Source of the DNA: Phycisphaerae bacterium
GTDB lineage: Bacteria; Planctomycetota; Phycisphaerae; JAAYCJ01
Assembly: GCA_012729815.1 (NCBI GenBank)
Contig: JAAYCJ010000251.1
Location: 26,434-90,433 of the forward strand
Length of the DNA stretch: 64,000 nucleotides
Direction of reading: 5' to 3'
Positions within the stretch are counted from its first letter, which is position 1. Each line of letters starts with the position of its first letter. Shown in pieces: positions 18,267 to 27,644 of the stretch. The notes under the pieces were generated by a model, which was not told where the DNA came from, searched no databases, and saw only the letters and a program-made list of their open reading frames with translations. The translations under genes were made by a program, and so were the position numbers.

Positions 18267-20780
18267 TCACGCCTTCTCCGCCAACTCCCGGCACTTGAGC
18301 ACCACGTAGCTCACCAGCGCATGCCGCAGCCACGCATACCGCCCTTGCTCCAACGCCTCGCCGATCTCCCGCGCCATCCGATCCATCCCCGTCACCAACC
18401 GTCCGCTCCTGGCCACCGCCTCGATCGCCTTCAGCGCCTTCTTCGCCTCCGCCCTCAACGACTTGACGATCCGATCGGCCACCTTCACCGAAAACCCCAC
18501 CGGCTCAACCGCCGGATCCAGCCCGACCGACAAAAGCTGATACGGCTCCAGCACGAGATTCCACTTCTTGCCCGCCCGAAGCGCCTTGCCGTCCGACAGG
18601 TCCGTCAACTCCTTCGGCGACCCGCTGAACGCCACCTCTACCTCCACCGGATAGTACTCGCGGTTCACCAAATACACGTATCGCCGCCCGCCGTGCACCA
18701 GCGTCCGCACCGCCACCGGATCGGTCGTCCCGCCCACCGTCTCGAACTTCGCGTCCGGCAGCGCCCGATACGCCCGCGCGAACCGACGCAACTGGTCGCT
18801 GTGCGCCTTCTCCAGAAACAGCCCGCCTCGCGTGATCCGGCACGCGTCCAATTCCGCCATCGCGTGCGCGTACGGCTCCATAAAATGCACCTCCGGCGGA
18901 AACGCCGGCGTGATCCGCAACTGCGAATCCCACCAGAACCCGTCCGGCGGATATTCCGAATTCATCCGGAACATCCCCTCCGCCTTCTTCCCGTACGTAT
19001 ACGCCAGCCGATCCGCCTGCTCGTCGTCCTCGCCGCACGCGAACCACTTGTGCTTGCCCCACGCCTCGTGCCACGCGTTGAAAATCAGCACGCCAGGCTT
19101 CCGCTGCTCCGCCAGCGACCCCAGCGTGTCCCGATCCAGAAAATCGAAGTCCTTGAACCCGCAGTTCATCTCCAGCGTGTAGTTCTCGAACTCCGACTGA
19201 GTCCGGTCACGACCGCCCCCCTCGAACTGGACGTCGAACTCGATCCCATCCTCCTCACGGTACATCTCCAGATCCAACCCCGCCTCGCGATAAATCTGCC
19301 GCAGGCTTCGCCGAGCGTAGATCTGGTGGAACGCCCGGTCCCGTCCCCACGCGATCCCCAACGTCTCGCTCCAGCAGTTCAGCGTCAACCGCAGATCCTT
19401 CCGCTGGGCCGTCAGCGCGTCCCGCATCCGACCGATCAACGCCTTGATCTTCCGGCACCGCCAGTCCAACCACGCCTCACGGCAATAGAACATCAGCCAT
19501 TCGTACCGCTTCGAAAACCGGTCCGCGGCCTTTCCATCCACGTCCACCTTGATCCCCGTCTCCTGCTCGAACAGACCGACCGTGTAGTCGTCGTACCCGC
19601 TGTGCACCGACCCGAACCAGATGATCGTCGGCACCCACATCGTAATCGCCACCCCCTTGAACGCCGGCGATTTCCCGTACCGGCGGGCGATCTCGTCGAT
19701 GAACCCCACGATCGCCTCCTGCACCACCGGGTGAAGCGGATTGAACATCGGACCGCCGTGATACGGCTGGCATCGCTTCTCCCCGTACGCCCACTCGAAC
19801 CCCGACAAATCGCCGCAAACCTTCTCGTACTGGGGAACCAACGCGTCGTAAACCTTCGTGTTGTACACCGTCGTCCAGTCCATCGTCCCCGCCTGGACCT
19901 GGTCGTTCGACAGCATGTTGTTGATCGTCTCCGCCCCGCCCTTGATCGCCTCCAGGTCGATGTTCATCTTCCCCATCAGCGACCCGAGCCGCAACAGCGT
20001 CAACACCCCCTGAAACTCCAGCCCCTCCTGCTCGAACCGCTTCAAAATCGTCGCCGGCCAGTCCGGCGGCTCGCTCGTCCACGCCGTATACTGACGCCGG
20101 TCCTCCGCCACCACCACGCTGAAGCAGTCCGACGGCTCCCGCTCCGAATTGAAGCAAGGCCCGTGATACCAGCAGATCGGGTACGCCAGCATCTTCTGAC
20201 CCGTGTGTTGGGCATAATCGACCATCCGATCCAGCCACGTCTCAAACGTCATCGCCCCTTCGCTCGCCCCCGTCCCGCACGGGTCCTCGTATTGAATGCC
20301 GAACTGCCGCCGATCCCGCCGCTTCTGCAGCGCCGTCAACGCCAGCGCCGGCAACTCCTCCAACTCGTAAACCTCAATGCTCTCGATCGCCGCCGGCTCC
20401 CCGTGGCCCCACGTCATGAACGCGATGCTGCAATCCTTCCACCGCGGCCAGAACACCTGGTGAATCGTCTGCATCGTCCCGCTGATCGGCGTCGTAAAAC
20501 CCGTGTAGATTCCCGTCGACAGGTCGTAGCACGTCCCGTCGTTAATCACCATGAACCGACGCTTGTCGTCCGGATACCGAATCACCGCCACGTGAGGCCG
20601 GCCCACGTGCTCGATCGCAAATCGATACCCAAACCGCGACAGCGGCCGCGCCTCCGCCTCCCGATACCGCCCCGCGCCCCCCTTAACCACCTTCACGTCA
20701 CCGCACGCGAAATACTCCTCCGGAGAATACTCCTTCGTGCAGTCAAACTCCGCCACCTTGCACTTGATCGGCGCATCCAT
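18267..20780 (-). CDS. Large hypothetical protein (837 aa), possibly a carbohydrate-active enzyme; no signal peptide evident
   Basis: Long ORF with host codon usage. Trp/aromatic-rich barrel-like segments. No recognisable catalytic motif. Confidence 0.55.
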   Translation of the reverse strand: MDAPIKCKVAEFDCTKEYSPEEYFACGDVKVVKGGAGRYREAEARPLSRFGYRFAIEHVGRPHVAVIRYPDDKRRFMVINDGTCYDLSTGIYTGFTTPISGTMQTIHQVFWPRWKDCSIAFMTWGHGEPAAIESIEVYELEELPALALTALQKRRDRRQFGIQYEDPCGTGASEGAMTFETWLDRMVDYAQHTGQKMLAYPICWYHGPCFNSEREPSDCFSVVVAEDRRQYTAWTSEPPDWPATILKRFEQEGLEFQGVLTLLRLGSLMGKMNIDLEAIKGGAETINNMLSNDQVQAGTMDWTTVYNTKVYDALVPQYEKVCGDLSGFEWAYGEKRCQPYHGGPMFNPLHPVVQEAIVGFIDEIARRYGKSPAFKGVAITMWVPTIIWFGSVHSGYDDYTVGLFEQETGIKVDVDGKAADRFSKRYEWLMFYCREAWLDWRCRKIKALIGRMRDALTAQRKDLRLTLNCWSETLGIAWGRDRAFHQIYARRSLRQIYREAGLDLEMYREEDGIEFDVQFEGGGRDRTQSEFENYTLEMNCGFKDFDFLDRDTLGSLAEQRKPGVLIFNAWHEAWGKHKWFACGEDDEQADRLAYTYGKKAEGMFRMNSEYPPDGFWWDSQLRITPAFPPEVHFMEPYAHAMAELDACRITRGGLFLEKAHSDQLRRFARAYRALPDAKFETVGGTTDPVAVRTLVHGGRRYVYLVNREYYPVEVEVAFSGSPKELTDLSDGKALRAGKKWNLVLEPYQLLSVGLDPAVEPVGFSVKVADRIVKSLRAEAKKALKAIEAVARSGRLVTGMDRMAREIGEALEQGRYAWLRHALVSYVVLKCRELAEKA

Positions 20781-20837
20781 CGCGAACTCTCCATATTCTG
20801 AATTCTGAATTCTGGGTTCTGACCACTGAATTCTCTT

Positions 20838-21692
20838 CTAAATCCTCACAAATCCCTTGGCCGCCTTCGAATCCTCAGCCGCGTCGAGAATCTTCCGAAT
20901 CATCAGACTCTCCGACCGGTCGATGTTCGGCTTGCCGCTCTCGAACAGGTCCAGAATCGCCGCCGCCATGTCCACGAAAATCCGACCGCCGTCCACCGTG
21001 ATCAGCTTCGTCTCCTGCTCCGTCGTCACGCTCGCCGCGAACGGCGTGTTGCTGTTGACGTACACGTTCACCACGCCCGTCCGCCCGCCCGCGTAGTTCA
21101 CCAGCAACTGCGACTCCGCGCCGCTCCCTCGCCGCATCAGCGACTGGGCCTTGGCGCCCATGCAACTGACCATCAGCTCCACCGGATGAATCGCGTATTC
21201 CCCGAACGATCGCCCCGAACCCCACGCCACCATGTGCCGCACGTGGTCCCGACCGACCTGCCCCACGTACTCCTGCACATTCGTGTACCGCAAAGCCGAA
21301 CTCGTCTGCATCGCCACCCCGTGCTTGTCCGCCAACGCGAAAATCCGCTTCGCCGTCCGAAGGTCCGGGGCGAACGTCTTGTCCACGTACGTCGTCTTCC
21401 CGAACGGGAACACCATCTTGCACAGCTCCAGGTGCGCCTCCGGATGGCCCGGCGCCAGCACCGCGTAGCAGTCCACGTGCTCGTTCAGTTCCTTCGCCGA
21501 CTCGAAGTACGGCACGTCGTTCTTCTTCGCCCACTCGCGACCCGACTCGTGGTCCATCGACACACAGCCGCTGACCGCGAACCCGCGATTCGCCAGGTCC
21601 TCCCGAACGATCTTCAGATACGTGTTGGCGTGAAAATTCTCCAACTGATAATCCACGTACCCGATCCGCTTGCCCTTACCCTTCTTCGCCAT
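20838..21692 (-). CDS. Gfo/Idh/MocA-fold oxidoreductase-like protein (non-canonical; glycine-rich loop absent)
   Basis: Collinear with the Gfo/Idh/MocA N-domain (DCYAVLAPGHPEAHLE...GKTTYVDKTFA...AKRIFALADKHGV). The GxGxxG and EKP motifs are replaced. Confidence 0.45.
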   Translation of the reverse strand: MAKKGKGKRIGYVDYQLENFHANTYLKIVREDLANRGFAVSGCVSMDHESGREWAKKNDVPYFESAKELNEHVDCYAVLAPGHPEAHLELCKMVFPFGKTTYVDKTFAPDLRTAKRIFALADKHGVAMQTSSALRYTNVQEYVGQVGRDHVRHMVAWGSGRSFGEYAIHPVELMVSCMGAKAQSLMRRGSGAESQLLVNYAGGRTGVVNVYVNSNTPFAASVTTEQETKLITVDGGRIFVDMAAAILDLFESGKPNIDRSESLMIRKILDAAEDSKAAKGFVRI

Positions 21693-21728
21693 AACATCGT
21701 CTCCATGACCAGATGGTATTGCCGTCGT

Positions 21729-21770
21729 GGTAGGGCGGGTGGTTCTCGCCGCAGGCGAGGTTCACCCGCC
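21729..21770. repeat. REP-like imperfect palindrome, copy 3 (GGCGGGTGGTTCTCGCC-gcag-GCGAGGTTCACCCGCC)
   Basis: Same hairpin element as 5168..5209 and 6310..6352, preceded by the same GGTAGG. Predicted 17-bp stem with one mismatch. Confidence 0.7.
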
Positions 21771-21983
21771 GTCCGTTACACCAGAAACGCACACTCACTC
21801 GGATTTCGGCGAAGTCTAACCCCCAAAACCCGTTTTGGCAAGCCCCCTGAAACCAAAGAAACAAACATCGCCACTTTGACGAAACTAACAATAAAATCAA
21901 TGAATTACAACTAGTACTCGTGAATAGCCAACACGCTTCCCGTCAATTTGGGCAATCTACGAGCCTGAATTGTATATTTAACC

Positions 21984-22928
21984 GTGATGGAAACCTCTAC
22001 AATCTCAACTGATGCGTCAGCATTGTCACTTCTGGACCGCCCGACCCCCGGGTTTGTCAAGCACGGTCCCACAATCGCCGAAGTTCATGCTAGAGGTCTG
22101 AGTACGGCCGACCGGTCCGGGTGGAAACCCAGCCGGATCGACGTGCGGGGGCCCGGGGTCGCGCCCGGTCTGGCCCCATCAAAACTTAACGCGTTCGCAG
22201 GTGGAGGGAAGATGACCGGATACTCTTACGAACTGGGCGAAAAACAATCCTCACGGGTCCTCGAGCAGGCGGTGCGGGTTCACTCGCCCGTCTGGGCGGA
22301 GGCCATCGACCACACCCATCTCCAGTCGGCCAGCGGCAAAATGCTCAAAGCCGAGGAAACCGTCGTCTATCTCAAGGTCAACTCCGAAACCCCCGAGATG
22401 GACCACGCCATGCCCGGCCAGTACTACCAACTGGTCATCTCCCTCGACGACCAGCGATACCTCACCGTCTCCGATCTCGTCGAGGTCCAGACCTCAACCG
22501 AAGGGCCCGTCATGGTCTTCTCACGCCCGCGAAGCATCCAGGTGCTCCAGCGGAGACGCTACGTCCGAAGCGTCCCCAGCCAGTCCTATCCCGTCTACCT
22601 GCGATCCGAAACCGAGGACCGAAACCAGGACAAACCCGTCCTCGGACAGATCCGCGATATCAGCGTCAGCGGCATGTCCATCCGACTGCCCGGAGACGCC
22701 GACTCCAACCTCTTCATCGGCGACGTCGTCCAACTCCGATTCAGCCTCTCGGTCCGCGAACCCGAATTCGTCACCCGCGCCGCCATCTGCCACAAACAAA
22801 TGGATACCGAAAAGGCCGAACTCGTCACCGGCGTCGAATTCGTCCCCGAAAGCCAGGACCCCAACTTCCAGTCGCGCCTTCGGGGCATGTTGCTCCAGGA
22901 CGGCACCGGCCTCAAAAGGCAAAGCTAG
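21984..22928 (+). CDS. PilZ-domain protein (c-di-GMP receptor-like). The start is uncertain; an internal ATG at 22209 is possible.
   Basis: RxxxR motif (QRRRYVRS) and D-x-S-x-x-G motif (IRDISVSGMSIRL) with PilZ spacing. Confidence 0.65.
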   Translation: MMETSTISTDASALSLLDRPTPGFVKHGPTIAEVHARGLSTADRSGWKPSRIDVRGPGVAPGLAPSKLNAFAGGGKMTGYSYELGEKQSSRVLEQAVRVHSPVWAEAIDHTHLQSASGKMLKAEETVVYLKVNSETPEMDHAMPGQYYQLVISLDDQRYLTVSDLVEVQTSTEGPVMVFSRPRSIQVLQRRRYVRSVPSQSYPVYLRSETEDRNQDKPVLGQIRDISVSGMSIRLPGDADSNLFIGDVVQLRFSLSVREPEFVTRAAICHKQMDTEKAELVTGVEFVPESQDPNFQSRLRGMLLQDGTGLKRQS

Positions 22929-22946
22929 AGCAGAGAGGGAAATCGC

Positions 22947-23702
22947 ATGTACGCTATCCTCGTTCCCTGGGACCAGTCGAACGAAAACCTCATGTGGGCC
23001 ATCGAAACCAGGGCCCATCTCCGACTCACCCTGCGCCTGGCCAAGGAGTGGATCGAACTCGGCTCCGAATTCATCGGCGGTACCGAACTCCAGTCCCTGC
23101 TCATCCGAAAGTTCCCCGGCGCCTGGAACAACCGACTCCTCGCCGGCCAGCTTCTGCCCTGCAGCTTCCGAAAGGGACACAAAAAGTACATGTTCGTCAC
23201 CGCCGTGATGGACGAAAAGACCGTCGAGGTCGACGGACAACAGGAAACCGCCTTCGTCCTCGCATGGCCCGAAGGCCTCCAGGAGATGCAGCGGCGGCAT
23301 TTCTACCGCGCCGCCGTCCCCGACCAGTTCGACCTCGCCGTCAAAATCTGGGACTCCGTCCCCGCCATCGGCCAGACGCCAACCGCCCCTCCGCTGGCCG
23401 TCGGCAAACTCATCGACGTCAGCGCCGGCGGCGCCCAGATCGAACTGCCCACCGACGCCAGAATCCAGGTCGACCGCGGCTATCTCCTCGAAATCGAACT
23501 GCCCACCCCCGAACAGCCCGTCCTCGTCCAGGCACGCTCCCGACACACCGACGGCCAGGCCCCGCCCGGCGCCAGCCGGTTCGGCATGCAGTTCCTCTCA
23601 CTCGACTACAGCCCGCGCGGACAGGAAACCATGATGCGACTCGCCCGATTCGCCAACTACCTGCGTAGCTGCGAAACCGTCGCCAAATCCCGCTCCGCCT
23701 GA
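22947..23702 (+). CDS. PilZ-domain protein 2 (YcgR-like two-domain arrangement)
   Basis: RRHFYR (RxxxR) followed by DVSAGGAQIEL (DxSxxG). Confidence 0.65.
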   Translation: MYAILVPWDQSNENLMWAIETRAHLRLTLRLAKEWIELGSEFIGGTELQSLLIRKFPGAWNNRLLAGQLLPCSFRKGHKKYMFVTAVMDEKTVEVDGQQETAFVLAWPEGLQEMQRRHFYRAAVPDQFDLAVKIWDSVPAIGQTPTAPPLAVGKLIDVSAGGAQIELPTDARIQVDRGYLLEIELPTPEQPVLVQARSRHTDGQAPPGASRFGMQFLSLDYSPRGQETMMRLARFANYLRSCETVAKSRSA

Positions 23703-23804
23703 TCCCCACCAACCTGACTGGACGTGGATGCCTGCTGCCGCTCACCAAAGGCGGTCGGCGCCTGCATTCTGAGTTCTGACCACTGAGTTCTGAATTCTCT
23801 CTAC

Positions 23805-24551
23805 CTACTCCGACTCCGCGATCAGCTCTTCCGGAATATCGAAGTTCGCATACACGTTCTGGACGTCGTCGTGATCCTCGAACAACTCCATCATGTCCAG
23901 CATCTTCTTCGCCGCCTCCCCCTCCAACGCCACCGTCGTCTGCGGCAGCATCGTCAGGTCCGCCGACTGAACCGCAATCCCCGCATCCGCCAAAGCCTTC
24001 TTGACGTTCTCGAACTCGGTGGGGGGGCAGTGAATCTCAAAAACCGTGTCCTGCTCGCGAATGTCCTCCGCCCCAGCCTCCAGCGTCGCCTCCATCAACT
24101 GCTCTTCCGTCGCGTCCGCCGCCGATACCGTGATCACCCCGCGCTTCTCGAACATCCACGACACCGAACCCGGACCGCCCAGCGACCCGCCACGATGCTC
24201 GAAGATCTTCCGAATCTCCGGCGCCGTACGGTTCCGGTTGTCCGTCAACGCCACCACCATGATCGCCACCCCGTTCGGACCGTATCCCTCGTACGTGATC
24301 TCCTCGAAACTCGCCCCGTCCAGATCGCCCGTCCCTCGCTTGATCGCCCGGTCGATCGTGTCGTTCGGCATGTTCGCCTCTTTCGCCTTGTCGATGCAGT
24401 ACCGAAGCGACAAATTCATCGACGGATCCCCGCCCCCAGCCCGCGCCGCCACGATGATGTTCCGCGCCAGCTTGCTCCACAGCTTCCCACGCCGCGAGTC
24501 CGTCACCCCTTTCTTATGCTTGATCCGTGCCCAGTGGGAATGTCCTGACAT
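23805..24551 (-). CDS. yebC: YebC/PmpR family DNA-binding transcriptional regulator
   Basis: MSGHSHWARIKHKKG...GGDP..N..L..A..KA.....P.D.I.RAI..G is a highly conserved family signature. Confidence 0.9.
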   Translation of the reverse strand: MSGHSHWARIKHKKGVTDSRRGKLWSKLARNIIVAARAGGGDPSMNLSLRYCIDKAKEANMPNDTIDRAIKRGTGDLDGASFEEITYEGYGPNGVAIMVVALTDNRNRTAPEIRKIFEHRGGSLGGPGSVSWMFEKRGVITVSAADATEEQLMEATLEAGAEDIREQDTVFEIHCPPTEFENVKKALADAGIAVQSADLTMLPQTTVALEGEAAKKMLDMMELFEDHDDVQNVYANFDIPEELIAESE

Positions 24552-24862
24552 CCAATGTCTCCTTCAAACCCAGTCCTGCCGTCGATCGGCCGTCGAACAA
24601 CCCTAAACCCCCACCCATAGGGGCATCAGCCCGGTGGGGGTATTTACATAAGTTTAGCAGAACCACCCGCCCATTTCAACGACCCCTTCAAACCCGATCC
24701 CACACGCCTCCCACCACGCCAGCCCGGGTGGAGCGAGGCCTCCCGCAAATTCGAAATCCGAAATTCGAAATCCCTCCCCTCCGCGGATTCCGCGTCCTCC
24801 GCGCCAACCCTTGACCGACCGCCAGCCACCCGCTATCCTCCAAACCCCAGAGGAGACCCAAC

Positions 24863-25879
24863 GTGACCGCCAGACCACAACCCCCAGCCCCGCTCGAACC
24901 CCGCCTGCAGATCGACGCCCAGGAATGGCCCTTCCTGCCCGGCCCCCGAAAAATCAACCTCTTCGTCCAGCCGCCCGACGCCGGTCTCACCGCCGACACC
25001 GGCCTCATGCTCGTCCTCCATAACTGGGGCGGCCTCTACGACGAACCCCACTACCTCCAGTGGTGCCGCACCTTCGCCGACCGATACAACGTCGTCGCCC
25101 TCAGCGTCAACTACCTCCAGAGCGGTCCCGCCTGGCGCGAACAAATACACCCCTACGACCACGGCTACCTCCAAGCCGTCGACGCCATCCGCGCCCTCCA
25201 CGCCATCCGACGCCGGCTCCTCGACCGCCGCGCCGCCTTCAATCAGCGACGCATCTTCGGCATGGGCGTCAGCGGCGGCGGAAACGTCATCCAGATGGCC
25301 CTCAAATTCGCCCCCCACACCTTCGCCTGTGGCGTCGATATCTGCGGCATGCCCGGCCTCACCGACGGCATCGCCTACGGCCTCCGCGAATTCGGCAGCG
25401 ACCTGGACGCCAAATACAGCCGCGACCCGCAAAGCCCAAACTACCTCCCGCCCGACCTCCAGGAAATCCGCGACTTCGGACGCCTCGACCACTGCCGTCT
25501 CCTCCGCCTCGCCAATCCCGACCTCAAAATCGTCATCATCCACGGCATCGACGACCACAAATGCCCCGTCGTCCACAAAATCGGCCAGTTCCAGCGGATG
25601 GTCCATGCCGGCCTCGACGTCGACGGCCGATTCCTCACCCCCCTCGACGTCGACGGCCGCGCCGTCGCCAACACCGGACATTCCCTCGGCGACCGTGAAC
25701 AGATCCTCATCAAATACGCCGACCACTACCTCAAACCCGCCGGCCCCTTCGCCCGTTCCCGCTCCAGCCCCACCGACTTCGAACGCGCCAAACCCGTCGA
25801 ATACCCCACCTCTAACGGCCGTGTCATCATCGACTACGCCGCCGCTCCAACCGTCCGCTTCCAGCCCAACCACCCCTGA
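24863..25879 (+). CDS. Alpha/beta-hydrolase fold protein (esterase/peptidase-like)
   Basis: Nucleophile elbow GMGVSGGG (GxSxG). Downstream D and H candidates (IIHGIDDHKCP). Confidence 0.6.
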   Translation: MTARPQPPAPLEPRLQIDAQEWPFLPGPRKINLFVQPPDAGLTADTGLMLVLHNWGGLYDEPHYLQWCRTFADRYNVVALSVNYLQSGPAWREQIHPYDHGYLQAVDAIRALHAIRRRLLDRRAAFNQRRIFGMGVSGGGNVIQMALKFAPHTFACGVDICGMPGLTDGIAYGLREFGSDLDAKYSRDPQSPNYLPPDLQEIRDFGRLDHCRLLRLANPDLKIVIIHGIDDHKCPVVHKIGQFQRMVHAGLDVDGRFLTPLDVDGRAVANTGHSLGDREQILIKYADHYLKPAGPFARSRSSPTDFERAKPVEYPTSNGRVIIDYAAAPTVRFQPNHP

Positions 25880-26097
25880 CAAATAGATCGACTTTTCTCT
25901 AGGCGTTCCTCCCAAAGTCGCCTATAATATAGGAGGTTATTTAGTCGACCGAATCTTCGGGGTAGGCGTGGACTGTGCTGCTTCTCCTGAATCTTTCTCT
26001 CGACCCTATAAACCTTCTGGGCCGGAATGTCGGCCCCTTTCGAAGAGACCTCGAAAGTAAAACTGGGGTCCAGAGGCCTGAATGCAGGAGTTTTGCA

Positions 26098-26442
26098 ATG
26101 GCCAAGAAACTGTACGTTGGTAACATGAGCTACGATGTGGACAATGCCGCCCTCGAGCAGATGTTCACCCCCTATGGGACCGTCGAAAGCGCCCAGATCA
26201 TCACCGACCGCTCCACCGGACGAAGCAAGGGCTTCGGCTTCGTCGAAATGAGCAGCAACGAGGAGGCCGAAGCGGCCATCAACGCCCTCAACGGCAAGGA
26301 ACAGAACGGCCGCGCCCTGACCGTCAACGAGGCCAAGCCGCGCGAAGATCGCGGCGGCCGTGGCGGTTACGGCGGTGGCGGTGGCGGCGGCCGAGGTGGC
26401 TACGGCGGCGGTGGCGGCCGTGGCGGCTACAACCGACGCTAA
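26098..26442 (+). CDS. RRM-type RNA-binding protein with glycine-rich (RGG/YGG) C-terminal tail
   Basis: RNP2 LYVGNMSY and RNP1 KGFGFVEM. C-terminal GGRGGYGGGGGG repeats. Confidence 0.85.
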   Translation: MAKKLYVGNMSYDVDNAALEQMFTPYGTVESAQIITDRSTGRSKGFGFVEMSSNEEAEAAINALNGKEQNGRALTVNEAKPREDRGGRGGYGGGGGGGRGGYGGGGGRGGYNRR

Positions 26443-26463
26443 TCCCTGACCAAACGTTAAACC

Positions 26464-26506
26464 GACAGGAGGTCGCCTTCACCGGTGGCCTCCTGTCTCT
26501 TTTTCC
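26464..26506 (+). terminator. Rho-independent terminator after the RRM gene
   Basis: GACAGGAGG...CCTCCTGTC 9-bp stem followed by TCTTTTTCC. Confidence 0.5.
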
Positions 26507-26725
26507 AGCCGACAAATCCGAAATCCCAGTTCCCTTCACTCCACGCGCTCCGTGCCATCCCCCAGGAAATCCGCCGAGGCCCGCAACAAACCGGCGCCAG
26601 CCTCCCCATTGGGCACGTCAGTATCCTCTGTTTTCACTTTTCATTTCCGCCTTCTCATCCCATTGACACCACCCCCTCCCCTCTATAGACTCAACGGTTT
26701 GTTTCATAATCTAGGAGACCCAGAG

Positions 26726-27607
26726 TTGGAGCAGGCCATTCCAAAAGCCGCAGCCCTCATCGAGGCCCTCGGCTACATCCAGAAGTTCCGCGGCAAGCGA
26801 GTCGTCGTCAAAATGGGCGGAACCCTCATGGACGATCCCAAAGCCGAGGGAAAAATCCTCACCGACGTCCTCTTCATGGCCACCGTCGGTATCCACCCCA
26901 TCGTCGTCCACGGCGGCGGAAAGGAAATCTCCCGAGCCCTCGCCGAATCCGGATTCGAAACCCGCTTCGTCCAGGGCCGACGCTACACCGACAAAAACAC
27001 CCTCACCGTCGCCGAACACATCCTCTGCAACGTCATCAACGCCCGACTCGTCGCCGCCCTCAACCGAATGGGCGGAAAGGCCATGGGACTCCACAGCCTC
27101 TCCAGCGGCGTCCTCTCCGGCGAGCAGGTCTTCCTCCAGGAAGAGGGCCGACGCATCGACGTCGGACTCGTCGGAAAGGTCACCCACGTCAACGCCGAAC
27201 TCCTCCGGGTCCTCTGCAACGCCGGCACCGTTCCCGTCATCGCGCCCATCGCCTACGCCCTCGGCGGCGGAAAGCTCAACGTCAACGCCGATGAAGTCGC
27301 CGGCGAGGTCGCCGCCGCCGTCGCCGCCGATAAGCTCGTCGTCGTCAGCGACACCCACGGCATCCGACGCGACCTGAACGACCCAAACTCACAGATCAGC
27401 GAAGTCACCGGCGCCCAGATCAAACAGCTCATCGACGAAGGCGTCATCAGCGGCGGCATGCTCCCCAAAGTCGCCGCCTGCCTCCGCGCCCTCGAAGGCG
27501 ACGTCGGACGAGCCCACATCATCGACGGACGTATCGACCACGCCCTCCTGCTCGAAATCTACACCGACAAGGGCATCGGCACCCTCATCACTAAAGACAA
27601 ACCATAG
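26726..27607 (+). CDS. argB: Acetylglutamate kinase (TTG start after AGGAG)
   Basis: VVKMGGTLM, IVVHGGG, GRRYTD, NVNAD motifs of NAGK. Confidence 0.9.
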   Translation: MEQAIPKAAALIEALGYIQKFRGKRVVVKMGGTLMDDPKAEGKILTDVLFMATVGIHPIVVHGGGKEISRALAESGFETRFVQGRRYTDKNTLTVAEHILCNVINARLVAALNRMGGKAMGLHSLSSGVLSGEQVFLQEEGRRIDVGLVGKVTHVNAELLRVLCNAGTVPVIAPIAYALGGGKLNVNADEVAGEVAAAVAADKLVVVSDTHGIRRDLNDPNSQISEVTGAQIKQLIDEGVISGGMLPKVAACLRALEGDVGRAHIIDGRIDHALLLEIYTDKGIGTLITKDKP

Positions 27608-27644
27608 CAGGCATTAACAAGCATCACGAGAAACGAGGTATATC

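Noticed and set aside
24748-24776. Tandem GAAATTCGAAATCC x2 upstream of the alpha/beta hydrolase
   Set aside because: Only two units. It could be an operator, but there is no further support and it is too short to call.
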